From Sinorhizobium meliloti (lineage in GTDB: Bacteria; Pseudomonadota; Alphaproteobacteria; Rhizobiales; Rhizobiaceae): a DNA stretch of 32,000 nucleotides. The stretch spans positions 197,538 to 229,537 of the forward strand of contig NZ_JAGIOS010000004.1 of assembly GCF_017876815.1 (NCBI RefSeq), given 5' to 3'. The notes under the pieces were generated by a model that was not told where the DNA came from, searched no databases, and worked only from the letters and a program-made list of their open reading frames with translations. The position numbers and the translations under genes are program-made. This document shows positions 1 through 10,200 of the stretch, in pieces. How positions within the stretch are numbered: the stretch's first letter is position 1; each line of letters starts with the position of its first letter.

Positions 1-1237
1 CCCGGCTCGATGCGGAAGCCGCGGATCTTCACCTGGTCGTCATTGCGGCCCAGAAACTCGAGATTGCCGTCCGGCAGGTAGCGCGCCAGGTCGCCGCTCC
101 GGTACATCCGGGCGCCGGCCTTGCCGCTGAACGGATCCGCCAGGAACCGCTCCGCCGTCAGATCCGGACGGTTCAGGTAGCCGCGCGCCACCCCCGCCCC
201 GCCGATATAAAGCTCACCAACCGCCCCAAACGGAACCGGCTGACCATGGCCGTCAAGCACATAAAGCCGCGTGTTCGCAATCGGACGGCCGATATGTGGC
301 ACAGCGTCACTGAAGAGCTGTCCCGACGTTGCCACCACAGTAACTTCCGTAGGACCATAGTTGTTTATTAACTTGAGAGGCGACGGTAGCCGGGAAGGCA
401 CACGCTGCAGACGATCACCGCCAATAAGCAAGTACTCCAACAAGGGAGTTACCAGCTCGCCTTCCAATGCCGTTGCAGCCAGCGGCGTGACTAAAAAGGC
501 GGCGTCCAGTGGTTGATCACGCCACCATTGCAGGAGAAGCAGAGGATCTCCTGCTGCCGGTCTGGGTGGGAGCAGCAATGTGCTGCGATTGTATAATGCA
601 GACCATAACTCCCAAGCGCTGGCATCGAATGCCACTCCAGCCGTGAGTGTGCAGCAGGTTTCTGGTTGCGGACAAAATGTTTGCACATGCCATGCTGTGA
701 GATTGACCAGGCTTTGATGCTCGACCATGACGCCCTTAGGCGTGCCGGTGGATCCCGATGTGTAGATGACATAGGCGAGATTGCGGGCTGTCAGGCCGAG
801 GGCATGCGGGTCGGGATCGTCAGCGGACTGGTCGGCCCAGGCGGGCATGGCCGTATCGAGATCGACCGCGCTCAGATCGGCGATTGCCTCGGCGCCCAAC
901 GCCGCGCGACCGGCGGCGTCGCAAAGCAGCAGCCGCGGGCCGGCATCGTCGAGCAACTGCCGCAGCCGTTCGCCGGGATAGGCCGGGTCGAGCGGCACAT
1001 AGGCGCCGCCGGCCTTGAGGATCGCCAGCAGTCCCACCACCATCGCCGGGCTGCGCTCGACGCAGATCGCCACTGGCTGGTCCGGCCTCACCCCGAGCCC
1101 GATCAGATGATGGGCCAGCCGGTTGGCATCGGCATTGAGCGCGCCATAGGAGATCGACTGCTCTTCGAAGACCAGTGCGACCGCGTCGGGCACCCGGCGC
1201 ACCTGCGCCTCGAACAGCGCATGCACGCAAAGATCCG
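1..1237 (-). other. Adenylation domain, module 10 (C-terminal part cut by window edge); specificity core 294..716; code DAWLLGNVVK = Leu-like
   Basis: Duplicate of module 4 at offset 19523. Shadow ORFs 173..358, 491..772 and 666..1646 are identical to 19696..19881, 20014..20295 and 20189..21169. Confidence 0.65.
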
Positions 1238-4200
1238 ACGGATAGTCCGCTTCCGTCCGGTTCAACTCCTCCAGCAGGTAGCTGCGCTCCTCAGCCGGAA
1301 GAATGTCGAGCTCGCGCACCGGCCTATCGGGCGCTCGCTCCAGCGCGTCGACCAGTTGCTCGAGCGCCCGCTGCATATAGCCGCAGATCCGATCGGCGGA
1401 GATCGGTTCGACCGCATCCGCCGTGAGCCCCAGCTCCTGACCAAAATCATCCACCGACAATGTCAGCGGGTAGTTGGTCCGTTCCTCGCCCCCCAGCCAT
1501 TCCATGCCGGACAGCACGTCGCTTGTTCCCTCGCCGGCCATGGCCGGCGTGTTGTGGCGATAGTTCAGCAGCGCACTGAACAGTGGCGCTGGTGCGGCAA
1601 TATCGCTGCAGCGTTGCGCCAATGCCAGCGAGGCATGCTCGTGTGAGAGCAATTCGGCCAGACGGGCGTGGGCGATACGCACACTTTCCTCGACCCCGGT
1701 CTCATCCAGATCCAGCCGCAACGGCAAGGTATTCATGAACAAGCCCATGGCACGGTCGGCGCCGGCACCCGCATGCATGCGGCCGAACAGCACCGTGCCG
1801 AACACCACCTGCTCGCGCCCGCTGCTCAGCGCCACCACCTGGGCCCAGGCCAGATGGCAAAGGCTAGCCAGACTCACCCCCAGCCGCCGCGCCTGGTGGC
1901 GCAGCCGATCGTTGAGCGCCTGCGGCAGCATCCGCCGTGCCTCGCGGGATCCGCGGCCGTCGCCGTAGACCTCGCTCAGAGCGAACGGCAGGGTCGGCTC
2001 GTCGATGTCGGCCAGCATCTCCCGGAAGAACGCTTCATGCGCTTTGGCATCCATGCCAAGCCGCGCCTGCGCCACCAGGTTGCGGAACGGCTGCGGCGCT
2101 GCAAGCTCATGCGCGCGCCCCTGCAGCACGGCCCGGACCTCGGCATGCATCACTTCGGCCGTCGTATGATCGCCGATCAGATGGTGCTGCAACACCAAAA
2201 GCAGCCAGCGCCCACTGCCCGGTTCGCGCGCGATCACGAACCGCATCAGCGGCGCCCGGCCAAGGTCGAGACGGTACTGGCGCGGATCGAACCGCCGCCT
2301 GAGCTCATCGGCGCCGGAACCATCACAGCCCTCCAGCTCGACCTCGAGCACATCCAAGGCCGCCTTGCGCCAGACAACCTGCGCCGGGCTCGACAGACCC
2401 TCCCAGACAAAGGCCGTGCGCAGAATGTCGTGGCGGTCGACCACCTGTTGAACCGCAGCAAGGTAGCGATCGAGCACACCCCGCTCGGCAAAGGCCATCT
2501 GCGACATCAGGAGATAGGGGTCACCCTGGGTTGCCAGCAAATGATGGAACAGAATGCCGTCCTGCAGCGGCGACAGGCCATAGATATCCTGGATATTGCC
2601 GACGCCGCCGGGCACCGTCGACACGATCCGGTCGATCTCCGGTTGGGTAAGATCGATCAGCGGCAGCATCTGCGGCGTGATCGCCGTACTCTGTTCCGTG
2701 ATCGGGTTGGCAGGCACCGCCACCTCCCGGTGGCTGCCAAGACTGGCGGCCAGATCGGCAAGCATCGGCTTTGCAAATACGGTGCGAACCTCGACCCCGA
2801 GCGACAGCCGCCGCAGACGCTCCATCATTTGAACGGCCAACAATGAGTGGCCGCCGAGTTCGAAGAAGTTGTCGTGGCGCCCGACCTGCTCGACGCCGAG
2901 AAGCTCGGCCCAGATCCCGGCCAGCAGCGTCTCGATCTCGCCCTGCGGCGCCTCGTAGGCCCGACGCGCATAGGCATCGTCGTCGGGGACCGGCAGCGCC
3001 TTGCGATCGAGCTTGCCGTTCACCGTCAGCGGCAGTGCATCCAGCCGCACGAAGGCCGACGGCACCATGTAGTCCGGTAGCAGGCCACCCAGATGCGCCC
3101 GCAACGACGCAGCAAGCCCGGCGCCATCGGCTTCGGCCGACCCGTCCGTCGTCTTCGCAACCACATAGGCGACGAGCCGCTTGTCGCCCGCCGCATCCGC
3201 GTGCGCCACCACCGCGGCATCGCCGACAAGCTCATGCTCCAGCAGCCGGGCGGCGATCTCGCCCGGCTCGATGCGGAAGCCGCGGATCTTCACCTGGTCG
3301 TCATTGCGGCCCAGAAACTCGAGATTGCCGTCCGGCAGGTAGCGCGCCAGGTCGCCGCTCCGGTACATCCGGGCGCCGGCCTTGCCGCTGAACCGATCCG
3401 CCAGGAACCGCTCCGCCGTCAGATCCGGACGGTTCAGGTAGCCGCGCGCCACCCCCGCCCCGCCGATATAAAGCTCACCAACCGCCCCAAACGGAACCGG
3501 CTGACCATGGCCGTCAAGCACATAAAGCCGCGTGTTCGCAATCGGACGGCCGATCGGCACATTCGTCGATGCGGAAAGATCTGCAGGGATGTCATGGAAA
3601 GCACAACCGACAACCGCTTCCGTCGGGCCATACTCGTTGACCATTCTAGCCGCCGGCTGGATCTGACGCCATAGCTCGACCGTCGAAGACGACAATGCCT
3701 CACCGCCAATGACGAGCACCTCCACCTGACTGGCATCTCCAGCCGACTGCAGTTGCTGTCCAAGAACATCCAGATGGCTCGGGGTGACATTGACCAGCCC
3801 GCACGGTGTGCCGACCCTTGACCTGATCCCCTCGACCTCGTCCCCCTCTTTCGTAAGCAATGCATGGCCGCCAGAGACCAAAGGCGCAAACAGGCTGTTG
3901 ACCGTGGCATCGAAGGCGAGCGAAGAGGAGACGACGGATGAGGATATGGGAGCGTAGCTCTCACGAGCCCAGCTTAGATAATTGGTCATCCCGCGATGCT
4001 CGACCATGACGCCCTTAGGCGTGCCGGTGGATCCCGATGTGTAGATGACATAGGCGAGATTGCGGGCTGTCAGGCCGAGGGCATGCGGGTCGGGATCGTC
4101 AGCGGACTGGTCGGCCCAGGCGGGCATGGCCGTATCGAGATCGACCGCGCTCAGATCGGCGATTGCCTCGGCGCCCAACGCCGCGCGACCGGCGGCGTCG

Positions 4201-7200
4201 CAAAGCAGCAGCCGCGGGCCGGCATCGTCGAGCAACTGCCGCAGCCGTTCGCCGGGATAGGCCGGGTCGAGCGGCACATAGGCGCCGCCGGCCTTGAGGA
4301 TCGCCAGCAGTCCCACCACCATCGCCGGGCTGCGCTCGACGCAGATCGCCACTGGCTGGTCCGGCCTCACCCCGAGCCCGATCAGATGATGGGCCAGCCG
4401 GTTGGCATCGGCATTGAGCGCGCCATAGGAGATCGACTGCTCTTCGAAGACCAGTGCGACCGCGTCGGGCACCCGGCGCACCTGCGCCTCGAACAGCGCA
4501 TGCACGCAAAGATCCGACGGATAGTCCGCTTCCGTCCGGTTCAACTCCTCCAGCAGGTAGCTGCGCTCGTCGGGAGGCAGGATGTCCAGCTCGGACACCG
4601 GCTGCTCGGCATCGGCAAGCATCGCCCGCAGCAGCGCCAGCAGATAACCACATTGCCGCTCGATCGTCGCCCGGTCGAACAACGCCGTCGCATAACCGAG
4701 AGTCCCGGCGATGGCCTCGCCCTGCTCTCCCAGGTTCAGTTCCAGATCGAACTTGACCTGATCGAGCCCCTCGCCCGCAGCCTCCACCTGCAGCCCCGGC
4801 AGGTCCAATGACCCGCCGGTGTTGTTCTGCCAGGCCAGTCCCACCTGGAACAACGGCGTGTGACCGAGAGCCCGGGGCGGCTGGACGATCTCCACCACCT
4901 GCTCGAACGGCAGGTCCTGATGATCCTGCGCAGTCAAGGCCGCGCGCCGCGCCCGTTCCAGGAGATCGGACACGCTCGGCTCGCCCGACAGATCGATTCG
5001 AACCGCCAGGGTGTTGACGAAGAAACCGATTAGATCCTCGATCTCGCGGCGACGACGATTGGCCGTCGGCACACCGATCACGATATCGTCCTGCCCGGAC
5101 AGGCGCGACAGCACCGCAGCCCAGGCCGCCAGCACTGTCATGAACAACGTCGTGCCATGCTGCCGGCTCAGCCGCTTGAGCCCGCGCGTCAGAGCCTCAT
5201 CGATGATAACCGGCACGCTGGCTCCGGCAAACGACTGCTGTGCCGGCCGCGGCCGGTCCGTCGGCAGCGCCAGACGGGCCGGGGCGCCAGACAGGGTGTC
5301 GCGCCAATACTGCGCCTGACGCTGCAGCCGCTCGCCGGACAACCATTGCCGTTGCCAGGCGGCATAATCCGGATACTGGATCGCCAGCGGCGGCAAAGGA
5401 TCGTCCTCTCCAGCCTCAAACGCGCGGTAAAGGCTGCTGAGCTCGCGCACCAGCACCCCCATCGACCAGCCGTCCGAGACTATGTGATGCTGCGTCAGCA
5501 GAAAGACGTGCTCCTCATCCGCCAGCCGGATCAGCCGGCCGCGGATCAGCGGCTCGCGCGCCAGATCGAACGGCGTGCGCGCCTCTTCTTGGCACAGATC
5601 CAAAAGCGCGGCTTGCGCATCCGGCCTGTCCCGCAGATCGTGCTCGACCACCGGCAATCCCCTGTCCCCGGACAAAATCTGGACCTGCGGGTCATCCTCT
5701 CCGGCGACGAACGTGCAGCGCAGCGCCTCGTGACGGGCAAACAGGCGGTCAAGGCTGCGCCGCCAGGCGACACGGTCGAGTCTGCCCTGCAGTCGCCACC
5801 CCAGGGGAATGTTATAGTTCGTGCTGTCTTCGTCCAACTGTGCCAAGAACCAGAGACGCTGCTGCGAATAGGACAGCGGAAGCGCACCATCACGTCCGAC
5901 TGGCATGATGACCGGTGCTGTCTGCGCACCAGAACCGTTCAGCACTTCGCCAACACTTAGCGCCAAATCGGCCAATGTTGGCTTGGCGAACAGGATCGCC
6001 AGCGGCAGCTCCACTGCCAAGGCCTCGGTCAGCCGGACGAGCACGCGCACCGCCAACAATGAGTGGCCGCCGAGCTCGAAGAAGTTGTCGTGGCGCCCGA
6101 CCTGCTCGACGCCGAGAAGCTCGGCCCAGATCCCGGCCAGCAGCGTCTCGATCTCGCCCTGCGGCGCCTCGTAGGCCCGACGCGCATAGGCATCGTCGTC
6201 GGGGACCGGCAGCGCCTTGCGGTCGAGCTTGCCGTTCACCGTCAGCGGCAGTGCATCCAGCCGCACGAAGGCCGACGGCACCATGTAGTCCGGTAGCAGG
6301 CCACCCAGATGCGCCCGCAACGACGCAGCAAGCCCGGCGCCATCGGCTTCGGCCGACCCGTCCGTCGTCTTCGCAACCACATAGGCGACGAGCCGCTTGT
6401 CGCCCGCCGCATCCGCGTGCGCCACCACCGCGGCATCGCCGACAAGCTCATGCTCCAGCAGCCGGGCGGCGATCTCGCCCGGCTCGATGCGGAAGCCGCG
6501 GATCTTCACCTGGTCGTCATTGCGGCCCAGAAACTCGAGATTGCCGTCCGGCAGGTAGCGCGCCAGGTCGCCGCTCCGGTACATCCGGGCGCCGGCCTTG
6601 CCGCTGAACGGATCCGCCAGGAACCGCTCCGCCGTCAGATCCGGACGGTTCAGGTAGCCGCGCGCCACCCCCGCCCCGCCGATATAAAGCTCACCAACCG
6701 CCCCAAACGGAACCGGCTGACCATGGCCGTCAAGCACATAAAGCCGCGTGTTCGCAATCGGACGGCCGATCGGCACATTCGTCGATGCGGAAAGATCTGC
6801 AGGGATGTCATGGAAAGCACAACCGACAACCGCTTCCGTCGGGCCATACTCGTTGACCATTCTAGCCGCCGGCTGGATCTGACGCCATAGCTCGACCGTC
6901 GAAGACGACAATGCCTCACCGCCAATGACGAGCACCTCCACCTGACTGGCATCTCCAGCCGACTGCAGTTGCTGTCCAAGAACATCCAGATGGCTCGGGG
7001 TGATTTTGACCAGGCTGCGGCCTAAGCCAAGCTCTACCTTAAGGTTTTCGGTTTCATTTCGGTTGGATATGAGATGTTCCTGCGCACCACAGATTAGAGG
7101 CGCGAACAGGCTGGTAATCGTGGCATCGAAGGCGAGCGAAGAGGAGACGACGGATGAGGATATGGGAGCGTAGCTCTCACGAGCCCAGCTTAGATAATTG

Positions 7201-10200
7201 GTCATCCCGCGATGCTCGACCATGACGCCCTTAGGCGTGCCGGTGGATCCCGATGTGTAGATGACATAGGCGAGATTGCGGGCTGTCAGGCCGAGGGCAT
7301 GCGGGTCGGGATCGTCAGCGGACTGGTCGGCCCAGGCGGGCATGGCTGCATCGAGATCGACCGCGCTCAGATCGTCGATTGCCTCGGCGCCCAACGCCGC
7401 GCGGCCGGCGGCGTCGCAAAGCAGCAGCCGCGGGCCGGCATCGTCGAGCAACTGCCGCAGCCGTTCGCCGGGATAGGCCGGGTCGAGCGGCACATAGGCG
7501 CCGCCGGCCTTGAGGATCGCCAGCAGTCCCACCACCATCGCCGGGCTGCGCTCGACGCAGATCGCCACTGGCTGGTCCGGCCTCACCCCGAGCCCGATCA
7601 GATGATGGGCCAGCCGGTTGGCATCGGCATTGAGCGCGCCATAGGAGATCGACTGCTCTTCGAAGACCAGTGCGACCGCGTCGGGCACCCGGCGCACCTG
7701 CGCCTCGAACAGCGCATGCACGCAAAGATCCGACGGATAGTCCGCTTCCGTCCGGTTCAACTCCTCCAGCAGGTAGCTGCGCTCGTCGGGAGGCAGGATG
7801 TCCAGCTCGGACACCGGCTGCTCGGCATCGGCAAGCATCGCCCGCAGCAGCGCCAGCAGATAACCACATTGCCGCTCGATCGTCGCCCGGTCGAACAACG
7901 CCGTCGCATAACCGAGAGTCCCGGCGATGGCCTCGCCCTGCTCTCCCAGGTTCAGTTCCAGATCGAACTTGACCTGATCGAGCCCCTCGCCCGCAGCCTC
8001 CACCTGCAGCCCCGGCAGGTCCAATGACCCGCCGGTGTTGTTCTGCCAGGCCAGTCCCACCTGGAACAACGGCGTGTGACCGAGAGCCCGGGGCGGCTGG
8101 ACGATCTCCACCACCTGCTCGAACGGCAGGTCCTGATGATCCTGCGCAGTCAAGGCCGCGCGCCGCGCCCGTTCCAGGAGATCGGACACGCTCGGCTCGC
8201 CCGACAGATCGATTCGAACCGCCAGGGTGTTGACGAAGAAACCGATTAGATCCTCGATCTCGCGGCGACGACGATTGGCCGTCGGCACACCGATCACGAT
8301 ATCGTCCTGCCCGGACAGGCGCGACAGCACCGCAGCCCAGGCCGCCAGCACTGTCATGAACAACGTCGTGCCATGCTGCCGGCTCAGCCGCTTGAGCCCG
8401 CGCGTCAGAGCCTCATCGATGATAACCGGCACGCTGGCTCCGGCAAACGACTGCTGTGCCGGCCGCGGCCGGTCCGTCGGCAGCGCCAGACGGGCCGGGG
8501 CGCCAGACAGGGTGTCGCGCCAATACTGCGCCTGACGCTGCAGCCGCTCGCCGGACAACCATTGCCGTTGCCAGGCGGCATAATCCGGATACTGGATCGC
8601 CAGCGGCGGCAAAGGATCGTCCTCTCCAGCCTCAAACGCGCGGTAAAGGCTGCTGAGCTCGCGCACCAGCACCCCCATCGACCAGCCGTCCGAGACTATG
8701 TGATGCTGCGTCAGCAGAAAGACGTGCTCCTCATCCGCCAGCCGGATCAGCCGGCCGCGGATCAGCGGCTCGCGCGCCAGATCGAACGGCGTGCGCGCCT
8801 CTTCTTGGCACAGATCCAAAAGCGCGGCTTGCGCATCCGGCCTGTCCCGCAGATCGTGCTCGACCACCGGCAATCCCCTGTCCCCGGACAAAATCTGGAC
8901 CTGCGGGTCATCCTCTCCGGCGACGAACGTGCAGCGCAGCGCCTCGTGACGGGCAAACAGGCGGTCAAGGCTGCGCCGCCAGGCGACACGGTCGAGTCTG
9001 CCCTGCAGTCGCCACCCCAGGGGAATGTTATAGTTCGTGCTGTCTTCGTCCAACTGTGCCAAGAACCAGAGACGCTGCTGCGAATAGGACAGCGGAAGCG
9101 CACCATCACGTCCGACTGGCATGATGACCGGTGCTGTCTGCGCACCAGAACCGTTCAGCACTTCGCCAACACTTAGCGCCAAATCGGCCAATGTTGGCTT
9201 GGCGAACAGGATCGCCAGCGGCAGCTCCACTGCCAAGGCCTCGGTCAGCCGGACGAGCACGCGCACCGCCAACAATGAGTGGCCGCCGAGCTCGAAGAAG
9301 TTGTCGTGGCGCCCGACCTGCTCGACGCCGAGAAGCTCGGCCCAGATCCCGGCCAGCAGCGTCTCGATCTCGCCCTGCGGCGCCTCGTAGGCCCGACGCG
9401 CATAGGCATCGTCGTCGGGGACCGGCAGCGCCTTGCGATCGAGCTTGCCGTTCACCGTCAGCGGCAGTGCATCCAGCCGCACGAAGGCCGACGGCACCAT
9501 GTAGTCCGGTAGCAGGCCACCCAGATGCGCCCGCAACGACGCAGCAAGCCCGGCGCCATCGGCTTCGGCCGACCCGTCCGTCGTCTTCGCAACCACATAG
9601 GCGACGAGCCGCTTGTCGCCCGCCGCATCCGCGTGCGCCACCACCGCGGCATCGCCGACAAGCTCATGCTCCAGCAGCCGGGCGGCGATCTCGCCCGGCT
9701 CGATGCGGAAGCCGCGGATCTTCACCTGGTCGTCATTGCGGCCCAGAAACTCGAGATTGCCGTCCGGCAGGTAGCGCGCCAGGTCGCCGCTCCGGTACAT
9801 CCGGGCGCCGGCCTTGCCGCTGAACGGATCCGCCAGGAACCGCTCCGCCGTCAGATCCGGACGGTTCAGGTAGCCGCGCGCCACCCCCGCCCCGCCGATA
9901 TAAAGCTCACCAACCGCCCCAAACGGAACCGGCTGACCATGGCCGTCCAGCAGATAGATCCGCGTGTTCGAGATCGGACGCCCGATCGTTTCGACAACAG
10001 CCTGTCCCCTCGGCATGCAAATCCAAGTCGAGTACGTCGTTGTCTCCGAAGGGGCGTACAGATTGCAAATCTTCTGGACGCGCGTGCTCTCGAATATCCT
10101 CTCGATTAGGTCTGCCTTCACCCGCTCGCCCGCCAAATTGATGACGCTTGCCGATGCCGGCACGGCTTTCTGGTTGACCAGAGCGGTGATCGCCGAGGGG

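Larger units (their letters stand above)
717..3515. repeat. 2799-bp scaffold unit, C/E type
   Basis: As for 20240..23038. Confidence 0.85.
1..6731. repeat. 6.7-kb direct segmental duplication, copy A (left end open at the window edge)
   Basis: All overlapping six-frame ORFs between 173 and 6607 recur with identical translations at a constant offset of +19523. Spot checks at 1-60 and 4561-4620 are base-identical. The first mismatch is 6732 (a) versus 26255 (c). Confidence 0.9.
3996..6731. repeat. 2736-bp scaffold unit, LCL type
   Basis: As for 26714..29449. Confidence 0.85.
7212..9947. repeat. 2736-bp scaffold unit, LCL type
   Basis: As for 26714..29449. Carries a few private SNPs at 7347, 7349, 7375 and 7404. 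Confidence 0.85.

Noticed and set aside
1668-2846. 392-aa ORF on the + strand (copies at 17930..19108 and 21191..22369), together with the many other 60-330-aa + strand ORFs in the track (for example 666..1646, 3996..4811, 5157..5960, 15851..16681).
   Set aside because: They lie antisense to the NRPS frame and recur only because the NRPS modules recur. Their translations are Arg/Pro/Ala/Gln/His-rich with no recognisable motifs, as expected for stop-poor antisense frames of a high-GC gene. None has an independent start signal.
7021-7100. Apparent stop triplets (cctaagcc, accttaagg, gattagagg) suggesting that module 8 is disrupted.
   Set aside because: In the minus-strand coding phase the segment reads ...[38 protein letters not shown]... 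without any stop. The taa/tag strings fall out of frame.
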